Positions 24,929 to 37,863 of a DNA stretch of 64,000 nt are shown here, one piece after another. The notes beneath the pieces were generated by a model. It was given only the letters and a program-made list of their open reading frames with translations, searched no databases and was not told the origin of the DNA. The translations under genes and the position numbers were made by a program. The DNA is taken from the NCBI RefSeq assembly GCF_964355755.1, contig NC_092674.1, positions 1,984,001-2,048,000 of the forward strand. Reading direction: 5' to 3'. The DNA is from Antedon mediterranea. Taxonomy: Eukaryota; Animalia; Echinodermata. Position 1 is the first letter of the stretch; every line of letters begins with the position of its first letter.

Positions 24929-26575
24929 TCATCGTCTAGCGTTGTTAATCCCATGACGACGATGAGTTGGTATAGCGCCACCAATAGGTCCAAAAGGACG
25001 TGCCCCCTTCTCCAATAGTTGATCATAAATGTGTGACAATTCGTGGGCTCCTTCATCTCTGTTTATGATTATTCCATGTTTTCTGATGTTGATCGACTCT
25101 TTTATTTGCCTTTTTTGAGTGTTGCATTCTTTCTCAAGGATAGCAGCGTTCCAATCAATGAGGTGATTGTATTGTAGAGCATGATCTGTTATTGCAGATT
25201 TATGTATGATTGAAGATGTAGACGATCTTTGAGCCCTGGTTAAAATCCCTCCCGTGTTGTTTTCTGTGTCTGTGCGATGTTCTTTTATGCGTGTTTTTAA
25301 AGCCCTCCCTGTTTCCCCTATGTAAGCTTGTGGACAGTTCAAACATTGTAGTTTGTAGATGCAACCGCATACTTGGTCTTTTTCGATGTGGTCTTTCGGA
25401 TGAACGAGGTTTTGCCTGATCTTATTAGATGGGATGAAAAAGGTGTCAATTTGATGTTGGTTGAAAACTCTTTTTATGCGTTCAGACAGACCTTTGGTGT
25501 ATTGGATCCCGATGTTACAACGTGACTTTTCTTTAGTAGATGTTGTACCTTTGCTGCGATTTTGATCAAGCTGTTTTTGGAGTCGTTGTTTTTTTACCTT
25601 CTTGAATGACCAATCTGGGTAGTCGCATTTCTTCAAAGCCTGTCTGATGTGATCCAATTCCTGTTTCTGTCCTTCAGGTGTTGAAACTATGTTTTCACAT
25701 CTGTCCACAAGCGTATTAATAACACTGAGTTTGTGTTGTAATGGGTGATTTGACTTGAAATTTAAATACTGATCTGTGTGTGTCGGTTTTCTGTAGACTG
25801 AAGTTGTTAATGATCGGTTGCTTTGTAGTGTTATGAGGATGTCCAAAAAAGGAATGGTGTTGTTGGACATGCATTCGGTGGTGAATTTAATGTTTTGGGT
25901 AGTATCAATGTTGTTTAAATGAGTGTTTAGATCAGTAGCTGCATGCACGGGAATGCTGGCAAGAATGTCATCGACATAGCGATACCATATGGAGGGTTTG
26001 AATTCCATTGGAGCTGTAGCAATCGCCTCCGACTCTAACCATTCCATAAACAAATTTGCTATGATGGGGCTGATGGGACTGCCCATCGCTAAACCTTCCT
26101 CTTGTTTGTATATTTTGCCTTTGAAACTGAAATAAGTGGCGTTGAGAATCAGTGATAGCTCAATGATGTCAACCACTTCTAATTTGGTTCTTGTGTTAAG
26201 TTGCTTGTCCTGTTTTAGGCAATGTTCTACGGTTTTTATTGCTTCTTTTACTGGTGTTTTTGTGTACAAAGAAACCACATCAAATGATATTAGTGTTTCA
26301 TTAGGAGGGATGTTTATGTTCCTAATTTCCTTCGCTAGCTGTTTGGAGTTCTCAACATGATGTTTTGAGTTGCCTACTAGAGGTTTGAGGATTTCCTTAA
26401 TGTAGCGTGACACTCCGTAGAATATGGTGTTGATACTGTCAACAATTGGTCGGATGGGCCAATTAGGTTTGTGTACTTTGGGTAAGCAATAGAGGCGTGG
26501 TACATTTTCAGCTGTGGGAAACATGTCATTCTTTTCTTTCCTTGATATTTTCTTATCATTAAAGTGCCTGTTCAA
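24929..26575 (-). CDS. Penelope-like reverse transcriptase + GIY-YIG endonuclease (N-truncated)
   Basis: LPKVHK..PIRPIV, SFDVVSLYT, GLAMGSP, RYVDD, VYRKPTHTDQYL, CIYKLQC..C..AYIGETGR..RIKEH. Confidence 0.92.
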   Translation of the reverse strand: MNRHFNDKKISRKEKNDMFPTAENVPRLYCLPKVHKPNWPIRPIVDSINTIFYGVSRYIKEILKPLVGNSKHHVENSKQLAKEIRNINIPPNETLISFDVVSLYTKTPVKEAIKTVEHCLKQDKQLNTRTKLEVVDIIELSLILNATYFSFKGKIYKQEEGLAMGSPISPIIANLFMEWLESEAIATAPMEFKPSIWYRYVDDILASIPVHAATDLNTHLNNIDTTQNIKFTTECMSNNTIPFLDILITLQSNRSLTTSVYRKPTHTDQYLNFKSNHPLQHKLSVINTLVDRCENIVSTPEGQKQELDHIRQALKKCDYPDWSFKKVKKQRLQKQLDQNRSKGTTSTKEKSRCNIGIQYTKGLSERIKRVFNQHQIDTFFIPSNKIRQNLVHPKDHIEKDQVCGCIYKLQCLNCPQAYIGETGRALKTRIKEHRTDTENNTGGILTRAQRSSTSSIIHKSAITDHALQYNHLIDWNAAILEKECNTQKRQIKESINIRKHGIIINRDEGAHELSHIYDQLLEKGARPFGPIGGAIPTHRRHGINNARR

Positions 26576-26702
26576 GATGTTGACTAATTGTCACACATTT
26601 ATGATCAACTATTGGAGAAGGGGGCACGTCCTTTTGGACCTATTGGTGGCGCTATACCAACTCATCGTCGTCATGGGATTAACAACGCTAGACGATGAAA
26701 CG

Positions 26703-26742
26703 CCAGTTGAGAATGAAACCTGATAGGTTTCGAAACGTACTG
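26703..26742 (+). ncRNA. Putative minimal hammerhead ribozyme in pLTR (mirror copy ~24885-24925, minus strand)
   Basis: cag-TTGAGAA-t-GAAACC-tgata-GGTTTC-GAAA-cg-TA-ctg: variant core, stem II, GAAA, palindromic stem III; minimal hammerheads are known in PLE pLTRs. Confidence 0.55.
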
Positions 26743-28772
26743 TAAGTTCGCTTATACTATTTTTGGTTGTTCAAAAAAGAAATTTTATGTAATAAGAAGG
26801 ATAATTGCACATAATTTGTGAAGGAAATTATCTTAATTAAAAGCATTTCTCAATGTGTTGGTTGTTCATCTGCAGCTTCAATCAAAGCAATCAACCAATC
26901 ACCAGCTCTCGTTAGTTGTGAGTTTTTTTACTGAAAATATAGACTTATTTAAAATTAAGATACCATTAAAAACACTTTATGAATATTGTTAATGCTGCAT
27001 ACCAATTCTACAGTATACTACTGTGTATTATTTGTTGAAAATCAATAAACAAACTACTTCTATAAAAAATTAATTTATTGGTTTCATTTTGACACAAAAT
27101 TATATTTTACTTTTATTTTTCAACAGTTTCCTATAAAAGGTAGTCCCAATTAGAATCGTGTTCTAGTTTTGATTAACCTACAGCCCTAAAAAAACCTAAA
27201 CGTTTCCTTACAGACTGTAAATTTCTTCACTAGCATGTGTTATGAATAATCAAAGAACCACACCCATCGACAGGGACTTTTAAGGTCACAGGAAGGTGTA
27301 GAAAAAAAAAACAAAAAAGGCACTGGTGAAACATTTGCTACAAAATTTAATCTCTTTTAAAATTGAACACATTAGCCTTTTATTGAAGCTGTGTATTTTC
27401 ACATCAAACTAAAAAAAAACAATAATTTATTTGTTTTCCATATTTTGACACACATTTAAAAATTATCACCAAAACCAGAGATCTGTTTATATTCTGGAAA
27501 AATCAATAACCAAAAATAAATATACAAAAGAATCATATACAATACAACAAATAAGTAAATGAAAAATAAATTTGGAATTTTTAATATTTTGTTAACAAAT
27601 TGTTAGACAAAATTCTGAATTGGATTTAAAAATTAAAAATATAATCAACATTGAATTCTCTGTAAATACTCTTTCTTCATCCAACAAAAATACATGACTC
27701 TCACATGCTTTACTAAACTTAAGCCTGGTAAGAGGCTTACGTAGCGGCACTGTATTGACCATCAGAAAATTCTTGAACTCTAACAGGATTTGAACCACGG
27801 ACCCTGGGATTGGTTAGTAAAGGATTTCAACCACCAAGCTACAGATACAGTACAATACCTTTATATTTTATTATTTATCTTAAATCATTCTGGTATACAT
27901 GAATAACTTTGAAATGTAAAGCTGTCTACTGTACACTATCAAACATATAAAATGTGCGATGTACAGTACCCAAATATGGTAGTGATATACCCAAATATTG
28001 TAGTGATATGACATCATCCTGTCCATTTATATGGGCACATTTTTTTGTCACATAAAGTTTGATAGTGTAGACAAATCTTTATATTGAAATTAAGAGTGTA
28101 AACTCAAAATACTGGGTTGGGTTTGGCATATAGATCTACTGTACAAGGTGTTTCATTTTACAATATTGTGACATAATCAATCCGCTGGGAAATTTCAAAT
28201 GAAGCATTTAAAAGGTCAAAATAAGTACATATGAGTAACTATCTAATTCATTATTAACTTAAATACAGTTGAATTGAATTAATATATATTAAAAACTTAA
28301 ATTTGATTTCAGCCACATCTTACTACACACACTTGAAATCTTACAAAATAATATTTTAATGTTACAGTATAATTTGGTATAAATTATTAATCATTTTAAT
28401 TTAAATCATTAATATTAATAACCAACAACTTGGTTTAATAGTTAATTAGAAGGATGTACTGTAGAATAGCAGACTAGGTGAAAATTAGGAGGTGGAATTG
28501 ACCATAATCTTGTGTCATTCTTTTTCCAATCACACCATGGATGCCCTGAATCCGCTGCTTGCACAGCATTTATTATCATATAAACATTTTTTTTTATTTG
28601 TTGTTTCTACACAGACAATGTTTAGTGTGGATTGTTTCGGCCATTTTGAAATCCAAGATGGCTGCTTTCCCCTGACCACTTTTGAGCAACCCTTCCATTT
28701 TATGTTTTTGATATCCCAATAAATAAACTGCACCAAGTTTTAGAATGTTTATCAAAATTTGAAGGAAGCCTC

Positions 28773-28876
28773 AAATAAGCACCTACAAATAAGCACCTAC
28801 AAATAAGCACCTACAAATAAGCACCTACAAATAAGCACCTACAAATAAGCACCTACAAATAAGCACCTACAAATAA
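28773..28876. repeat. 14-bp tandem repeat x7
   Basis: caaataagcaccta. Confidence 0.92.
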
Positions 28877-29474
28877 GGCCTACTGTACTATCTGACATAT
28901 ATTGTACACTTACTTTGATACATTTTTTTTTTTTGATAGTGTCTATAAATAACTAGCAACTTTACATCCTGTAAACTGATTTTTAATCTTAAGTTAAGTT
29001 CTTCTGAGGCCCCAGACATTTCATGTTATGGTGACTCTGGGGTCCTAGGACATGATAAATGTAAAATGAAATGAAAGTTGATGGGAAGCATATTTAATAA
29101 TTTAACAATAATTAATTAATCCATACACTGCATTCAGTAAAATGGGACGAGATTATGATGTCATGGGACGATTAGAATATCATATTAATGACAAACCTGG
29201 ATAACATTAAATGTATAGGGAAACCAGGCTGTGCTACTTGGATTCCTCTTTTACACCAGTACAATTTTGCACTTAATGCATTGTACAGTAGGTACTAGTA
29301 AATAAAAACATTTATCCATAAAATACATGGATTGAATAAAATAGGACCATAATGAAATCCAAACACTTTAAAAAGCCGTGAATAAGTAAATACTTGTTAT
29401 AAAAAATCAATGAAAACTATGTATTCTTATATTCTGTAGGTTAAAAAGAGCCTGAGGTAAAACTGATTCCTAAT

Positions 29475-29760
29475 AAGATTCAAGATTCAAACTTTATTCT
29501 CATCCATTTCTGGAAATTCCATTGCTTGCATTAAAATTAAATAACAACAACAATTGAAATTACATTACAATATTTTACATTACAACACATTTGATATACA
29601 GTATGTATATAAAAACATTAAAAATGCAGAATAACAGTATATTACACTTATAATTTTCATCGTTTGTAATTTTTGTTAAAAAGTTTAATGGCTTGTGGAA
29701 AGAAGGAGAGAAAATATCGTTCAGTGCGGGAGGCCGGCAGACGATATCTACCACTTGTCA
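29475..29760 (-). mobile_element. 3' fragment of Rex1/Babar-like LINE
   Basis: Minus strand SGRYRLPASRTERYFLSFFPQAIKLFN followed by a (ttgaatc)n tail. Confidence 0.6.
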
Positions 29761-30717
29761 CATAATAAAAATAAAATAACAAAAAAACTGAACAATTTAT
29801 ATACTGTTGGCTTATCACTGACCCAAGCCTAACTGCAGAGCAGCATAGACCCGTAGAAAAAAAGGTTATTTACAATTTTTAGTTAATAATTGATATTACA
29901 CTATCTTTATTATTATTTTGCTATATTATATTATTAATTGTCATTCATTTATCATTTTGTTTGAACACACACAATAAAAGTATAAAGTTTCAAGAGTAAA
30001 CATAATAATATAACAGTAAAGTACATCTTTACAAAATTCTCACGCATATACAGTACTAAAACAATTTATATATAATTTGCATAATAATGGACAGACTAAA
30101 GTGTAGTTTAAACCTAATTCTTACCTTTAGTAACTTTTATTTAATAGGCCTAGTACCTTTCTTGTCACTTCATGACATTGTTTTCAAGAAAAATTTCTTC
30201 CAAACTAATTTTAATTTAGTTGTAACTTTACTACACTAATTCAAGTCTCTGGTTTACGAAACACTAGGCCAGGTTTAAAACCAATCAATTTGACTAAATA
30301 ATAGGCCTACTACTGTACATTACATATTTATTTAAATACCGTGTGGTTAAAACGGAAAGAATATCTTCATGAATTATAATATTGGTCTATCATATCTACC
30401 TACTGCACAAAGTAATTACAAAAGTATGGGAATACTGTCTAGCTTATTCACCAGCATTAACATGAATCCAACATGAAGAGGCCTCTCCCACAATCTACTA
30501 ACATACTACCAACAAGAGAGAAAGCCTGGCCTGGCCGGCCTAGCTAGCCTAGGACTACAGGCCTAGGCCTAGGCCTAGCCTAGTTAGGCAGGATGGTGAG
30601 GAAGAGGCTCGTTCATACTTTAGTTTCACATTTAACAAAGATTACTCTAACTAAATAGCTTCACCCTAAACAATATAATACATTATGTGTCAAATAAAGC
30701 ATTGAAATTACACTCAC

Positions 30718-31180
30718 TTCACCAATAAACGAATCCAGTAAGAGTTGAGTAAATGACCAGCCTCTATTCACCCTATTTTTCCAGTGTAGTAGGATCTGAG
30801 AGGAGAGAGTACGATCGAGAGTAGCAGTCTTCGGGTTTTTCTCGTCGCCGACGACGAAAAAATAAGGAAAGAATGAAAATAATATCGCCCTCTATAGTTA
30901 GGGTTTTTGCACAACAAAAAAACAATTTTTGTTGACTTTTCTCTTGTGACACACGGTCACGGTGTGTACTCTGTTGTAAAATATTTTGATAACCAAATAA
31001 CCAAGTGTAAGTGTTTATTTGTTTAGAATTTATATCCTGCAATATATATTTCTCGTACATATACTTATATAATACGAACTTTAGCCAGGGAGTTTAAAAC
31101 ATGATTCCCGGAGTAGCTATTAGGCCTTGGCCTAATAATTAAGCCAAGCAAAATGAGTGTGCACACACACGTACTGCAGC
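30718..31180. promoter_or_regulatory. Probable divergent promoter CAB39(-)/FMO(+), with CAB39 non-coding exon 1 ending ~30718
   Basis: GTGAG donor on minus at ~30713-30717, CpG-richer patch, motif atatcgccctctatag at 30882. Confidence 0.5.
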
Positions 31181-31506
31181 AGCCTGATTTTTTCTTATTT
31201 TTGATGTATTTGACATTGTTTCAGCGAATCTGCACGTAGGCCTTTATAGGGTACAAAATAATTATATAGGTCCAGAAAATAATAATAGATAGGTCTAGAA
31301 AATAATGGATGAGACTGGCTGTTTGCAATGAAAAGGGTTTATGCTCCTGTTGTCTGCACACAGGTAAATATATAGGCATATTATAGTTGACCATCCATGC
31401 CAATATATAGCAAATAATGATGATTATTATTTTCTATGGTTGACTGATTGACACCCAATTGACCATGCTGCACTTTTATTCTATAAATCTTTTCAGAGAG
31501 TCTGAA

Positions 31507-34500
31507 ATGGTAAAGCATCAGAGTGAGGCAGATGTATGTGTGATAGGAGCAGGAATATCTGGCCTTGTGACAGCCAAGTGTTTGAAAGAAAAGGGATTTA
31601 AAGTTGTTATCCTTGAGCAGACGGAGCTGATTGGTGGACTGTGGTGCTATAGAGATCACGGTTATGGCGTTATGAGGTTTACTCACATGTACGTTAAAAA
31701 GTGATTACGCAACAACTATGATCTGAGGGGCGGATTTAAGGGCGCTAAATTTCGCAAATTGTAATACAAAAGACGTACATCAAATTATCATTTTTAGGCC
31801 AAATTTCAAAATCCTGATCTGCCACTGTGATCTTGTAATTAAGTTTTTCCTTTTAAAATACAAAACAATCATAAAAACACAATACAATGATCTATTGCAA
31901 TAAATATGCTATTTTTATCATTTTATTTTATAGAAATGTTTCAAAACACAATTACTCATTTTCTGATTTTCCCTTCCCGGAGGATGTACCAGATTTCCCT
32001 CATAATCGGGATATGGCTCAGTATATCAATGACTATGTTGTCAACTTTGGCCTTGATAAGTTAATTCATTTTAACACCAAGGTTGACAGAGTTGAAAGGT
32101 CAGGTATGTTTGTCTAAAAAGTTAGGAATCGAATATTAATTATATAAATGTACTGTATAATGTATTTAAGAAGGCTTTTAGCTTTATAAACAAAAGTTTA
32201 GTTGGCTCAGCCATATTTTTTCTGTTTTGAGTGGGTTGCAGCAGAACATTCAGTAATAATTTGATTTTATTATTATTTGTAATTTGTATGCAAATGATCT
32301 TTTTGAAGGAGATGGTTGGAAGATAGCAGCTACTAAAACTGAAAAAGGCGGCAGTCATCTCTCAGTATCAGAAGAAATAATTTATCACACCAAATACGTT
32401 GCCATTGCAACGGGGCATCATGCAGAACCAAAAAGGCCTTATTTTCCAGGACAAAACACATTCAAAGGTAAAGGGGGGGGGGGGGGGAACTTGTAACAAT
32501 ACATAGTAACATACAGTATAGTACTGTATAAAGTTTCTATATTTTAACTTTTTGCTGTTTTGCACTAGATAAGTTTTCATGTTTCATACAAGCCACAAGT
32601 TTGAATCTATTAAACAAACTAAGCAAACTTAGATACATAGTAACATACAGTACTGTATAGTAAACAAATTTGCATTATTTTAACTGTCTGCTGTTTTGCA
32701 CCAAAATAAATTGTTTAATGTTTCATACACATCCACAAGTTTTAATTTAAATATAATATTATCTTTATCTTTTTAAGGTCAGATAATACATAGTGTCGAC
32801 TATAAAGATGCAATTTCTAATGGTTTTACCGGTAAACGAGTCTTAATCGTTGGTATTGGCAACAGCGCTGTTGATGCTGCTGTAGATTGCGCAACAACTG
32901 GCAGGTAAATATATTGATTAATTGATTGCTATTATTAGCAGATTATTAGTTATCAGTTATCCTCTGGGACAGAAAGTTACATCAAAGTTTGTTCATTCAA
33001 TTCTGTCTTTTGCTATATGTTCTTGGGTTTTCTTTCTCCGACATAATCAACTTTGTTTTTTTAGTCTCCCTTCTATAGCAAATTGTAGAAATGTTTTGTC
33101 TATTTCATGCCTAGCTTACCTGGATAAACTGACAATAGCCCTTTTTCCTAGATCCGAGATATAACTTGAAAATTAGAAATTTTCATTAAATAAATTGTGA
33201 AAACGTTTTATTTTAAAAATTAACTTTTCCATTTTTGTTTCAGATGTAAACAAGTTGTTATAAGCACTCGGTCAGGAGCATGGGTTATCCCTAACTACAT
33301 ATTTGGACTTCCAACTGACCATTACGCTTCTCGGCTTTTCTTATGGTTACCATGGAAAGTCTCCAACTTTATTTTTGAGAAAGTTGTATCCATAATTACT
33401 GGATCACCAGAAAAGTATGCCAACTTTTGCATTTGAATATATTTCTAGGTACAGTATCAGATAACATTAATACAAAGATGAGTCTATGGATTTGGGCTGG
33501 ACTAATATGTCTGGTTTTCTGTAAGTCTGGTATTCATAATGTGTTTCTAATGGTAAAAATTAATTTGGGAAATTTTGAACCTGGAGAAAAATCTGATTTT
33601 GGGAGAATTTCCGGTTTCAGAAAGTTCCGGTTTTGGGAGAGACAGTATGATAAAGTTCACTTATTTGTTAGTAACACTTTTTATATAAATTATCCTATCG
33701 ACATTAATATTTTATTTTTAGATGGAAACTAAACCCAAAAATGAAAATCTTACAAACACAGCCGACTGTTAGTCCAACTCTTATACATCACATCCAGCGA
33801 GGGAACATTCAAATTAAACCTAACATTACCAAGATTGACGGTTCTACTGTACACTTTACAGACGGAACATCCATCGACACGTATTGTATTGTGTACTGTA
33901 CAGGATACAGTATAAGTCTACCGTTTCTTGACGAAGATATAAAGAGGGATATATTGGATAATGAAACTAACCAAATCACGGTGATTTTCACTTTTAATGT
34001 CATGTACTGCTCTGTGATAACATTTTAATTTAAAACTAATTAAATAAGCTACACTTATTTTATCATTTTAAAGCTCTGTCCACACTATCAAACTAGTTTA
34101 ACAAAATAGTGTGATGTACCCAAATATGGTAGTGATATGCCCAAATTTGGTAGTGTTATGACGTCATCATGTCCATTTATATATGGGCACGTCACATTTT
34201 GTTGTCACATAAAGTTTGATAGTGTAGGCAGAGCTTAACAAAGTTTTCTTTTTAATATTGCAGCTATATAAGAATGTGTTTTCACCCAGAGTGGGAAGTT
34301 CTTTGGCATTCATAGGTTTTGTACAGCCAGCTTCTGGAGGAATTCTGACCATGTCCGAAACACAAGCGATGTGGTTCACCCAGCTGTGTCGGCAAAAGGT
34401 CAAACTACCAAGTCCGAAACAAATGCAAAAAGCAATAAAAAAAGAAAATGTAATATTCTTGCATGTTTTTATTTATTTTAGCTAATTTTAATGAAAACTG

Positions 34501-35888
34501 CTACATCTTAATATTTCTCTGTGATTTTGTGCTATTGTGAGGCTTATTGAGTGTTGGTGGTAGTGTGAGCAGTATTTCTTTATTATTTTCTTGATTTATT
34601 GGCTTGTTCTTGGTGTTTTATCTTCAGGAAGACAATGAAGGACGTTACTACAAGTCTGCCCGACACACAATTCAGAAAGATCCGATTCTATACAACGATG
34701 AAATAGCAAGCCTTATCGGTTCAAAACCACAATTATGGAGACATCCAACTATGGCGATTAGGTTTGTCATCATGTTGCTTTCAAATCGACAATTTTTTAT
34801 TTTCTTATCTGTCCTCATCAAACTTTATGGGACAAGAAATGTGATGTGCCTATATATGGACATGATGATGTCATATTACTACAATATTTTGGCATATCCC
34901 TACCATATTTGGGTACATCACATTTTTTGTGAAACAAATTTGATAGTGTAGACAGAGCTTTACAGGCAAAAAAACAATGTAATGTGATGTAACAGAATTT
35001 GAATTACCCTCAACTAAGCTTGTTTGTCTCTCTTGATTATGCTTGAGAACTCTTCATTTGCATATGGACACAATTTTAAATGATCAATTGTCTCTGGAGA
35101 AAGATGACTAGCGATCTATGAATATTAAGTGCTGGCGAACGGAGAGGCGTAAAAGGTTCCTCTACTTTTCTTAAATTTTGTGTGTAACATGCTTAGAAAC
35201 ATTGTATTAGGCACTATATAAAGCTCTATCTACACTCTTTCACAAACAAATGTGTGATGCACCTACAAATATGGTAGCAATATCCTCAAATATGGTAGTG
35301 ATATGATGTCATTGTGTCCATATATTGCATCACCTTTTTTTGTCAAATAAAGTTTGATAGTGTAGACAGATTTGGAGTGGAGCTGTGGCTTGGTGGTTAT
35401 GATACTTTGCTACCAATCTAAGGGTCCTGGGTTCAAGTCCTGTCATATGTCAGGGTTTTTTTCTCATGACAATTTACAACCACTCCCAAAGATAATAAGT
35501 CTTTGTTTATGTAGAGCATCTTGTGTATATGTTTGTCTTGTGAATGGGATTGCCACCTTTGAGAAGGATAGTGAATTAATTCACTTGTGGTTATCCTTGG
35601 CAATTTGCCTAAAATGAGAATTAAAAAAATAAAAAGAGCTTTAGACTGCCATTATTATTATTAAATATATTATGGTCAAGTTATTAATTATCATTTTTTT
35701 CACTTTTTAGGTTGCTACTGAGTAGTTGCGGAGCAGCCCAGTGGCGATTGCAAGGGCCATTCCAATGGTCTGGGGCTAGCGAGACCGTGAGGAACACGCC
35801 AATAGCAAACCTTTATAAGTTTTCTTCAACTTGTATATTATTACTAATACTTTATGTTATCTACAAACTAGTGACGTTATTCTGTTAA
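31507..35888 (+). CDS. Flavin-containing monooxygenase (FMO family), 9 exons
   Basis: Exons 31507-31688, 31934-32103, 32309-32467, 32778-32904, 33244-33414, 33722-33980, 34264-34449, 34628-34761, 35711-35888; FAD motif VIGAGISGL, GGLW, FKGQIIHSVDYK, NADPH motif VGIGNSA, CTGY, hydrophobic C-terminal anchor. Confidence 0.92.
35376..35620 (+). mobile_element. tRNA-derived SINE
   Basis: A-box TGGCTTGGTGG and B-box GGTTCAAGTCC, no intact cloverleaf; similar heads ~13795, 27770-27843 (-), 38870-38925 (-). Confidence 0.55.
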
Positions 35889-36063
35889 GACATAATAAAT
35901 AAAAAACAAAGAAGTACACTTGTCATGATGCTTAAGTTCGGCAATTATAAAGTCAAGCATTATTTTAACCGACCAAAGTAGCTCCTAAATACAGTGAAGC
36001 ATCAAGGATTGGATGCTGAACATCTTACTTTGTGCATTGTAATTTTCAAAATTTAGGGTGGGA

Positions 36064-36352
36064 TCTGGAGAGGAGAGACTCTCACCTTCCCTGGAGAGGA
36101 GAGACTCTCACCTTCCCTGGAGAGGAGAGACTCTCACCTTCCCTGGAAAGGAGAGACTCTCACCTTCCCTGGAGAGGAGAGACTCTCACCTTTCCTGGAG
36201 AGGAGAGACTCTCACCTTCCCTGGAGAGGAGAGACTCTCACCTTCCCTGGAGAGGAGAGACTCTCACCTTCCCTGGAGAGGAGAGACTCTCACCTTCAAT
36301 GGAGAGGAGAGACTCTCACCTTCCCTGGAGAGACTCTCACCTTCCCTGGAGG
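36064..36352. repeat. 26-bp quasi-palindromic minisatellite x~11
   Basis: ggagaggagagactctcaccttccct. Confidence 0.93.
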
Positions 36353-37489
36353 GGGAGTCAATTATGCTTAAATGTTTAACTTGCTGTTAAATACTGTATA
36401 TTTTACTATTTGTAGAAATGATTGTAAAAATAAACCAGTATTTCAGATTTTAGTGCAATGATAATTTACAGTAAGTTATAATAATTGATTTTAAATGTAC
36501 TCTTTAAATTATACTATATTTTAAATTATAAAGACAAGAGTGTATCTTAAGCTCAGTCTACACTATAAAACTTTATGTGACAAAAAAATGTAATGTGCCC
36601 ATATATGGACACGATGATGTCATATCACTACCATATTTGGGCGCATCACACTTTTTTTGTCAAACTAGTTTGTGTAGACAGAAGTTGTGTGATAATCTAT
36701 AAATAAAATCACTGTAATGAAGGTTTTCTGGTAGTTTGAATCAATGTTTGTCCGAGTTTATGAGGTCAAGTAGTATATGTATGAAACGCCATATGTGCCA
36801 AAATATCTATCTTTTTTACTATGGTAATATTGAGTCAAAACTCCATCTAGAACCTTGAATATGACTGGAATAGCGGTACTGTAAGTCTTTTTTGTGATAA
36901 GAGAAAAAAATTAATAAAATACTGACAACAAACTCTTCTGTATTGTTTAAACATTTAATATTATTATTGCTTAAAATAGCAGTTTCTATTTTTACCACAA
37001 TATATTGCACAATTTGTCTTTATAACAAATTTTAAATTAGAGCACCAGTCCCCAAGGTGTGACTTAAAAATAGCTTTACAAAGTCACTGGTGTGAACAAG
37101 CACCATACACCTACATATTCATGAATGTACAGTATCAACAACATTTTGTTACTACCAAATGCCTGTTCACATGTAACTTGATTATTTAACCAAAACATTT
37201 CAACATAATCATTTGTGTAAAATTATATTAAAATACCACCATATAAAATACTATTAACCCTAATATAGAAATTATAACCTTTATAATATTTTGTTCAAAA
37301 ATGGTTTAATTGAAGAATGCCCATATAAAATACCCTATATAATATTTTGTTCAAATAATTTACTTACATTACTAAAACATCACAGTTTATTTCAACCAAA
37401 CACCAGACGTCAAATACAACTGTTCTAAATGTTGCTGCCCTCAAGACATGGACAGTAGTACACTGGTCGTTAAGTATTGAGTAATATGA

Positions 37490-37863
37490 TTATTAAGTAC
37501 ATGGTTTAGAGCACCGATATGGCCTTAATAATTAAATGACTGTACATGGTTACAGCACCTATATAACTTTAAAAATCCCAGAGCATCCATATTGCCTTAA
37601 TTATTGCATCACTGTACATGGTTAGAGTATCTCAATATGGCCTTAATAATCATAGGGCTGTACATGGTTAGAGCATCGATATAGCCTTAATAATCATAGG
37701 ACTGTCCATGGTTAGAGCATCGATATAGCCTTAATAATCATAGGACTGTCCATGGTTAGAGCATCGATATAGCCTTAATAATCATAGGACTGTCCATGGT
37801 TAGAGCATCGATATAGCCTTAATAATCATAGGACTGTACATGGTTAGAGAATCGATATAGCCT
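37490..37863. repeat. 44-bp tandem repeat overlapping the transporter stop codon
   Basis: tggttagagcatcgatatagccttaataatcataggactgtcca, progressively degenerate leftwards. Confidence 0.88.

Larger units (their letters stand above)
24801..26793 (-). mobile_element. 5'-truncated Penelope-like retroelement with inverted pLTR
   Basis: 208-bp inverted repeats 24834-25041 / 26586-26793, 33-nt 3' tail 24801-24833, TSD AAGAAGGATAAT (24789-24800, 26794-26805). Confidence 0.93.

Noticed and set aside
35376-35450. tRNA gene
   Set aside because: A and B boxes present but acceptor and anticodon stems do not pair; treated as a SINE head.
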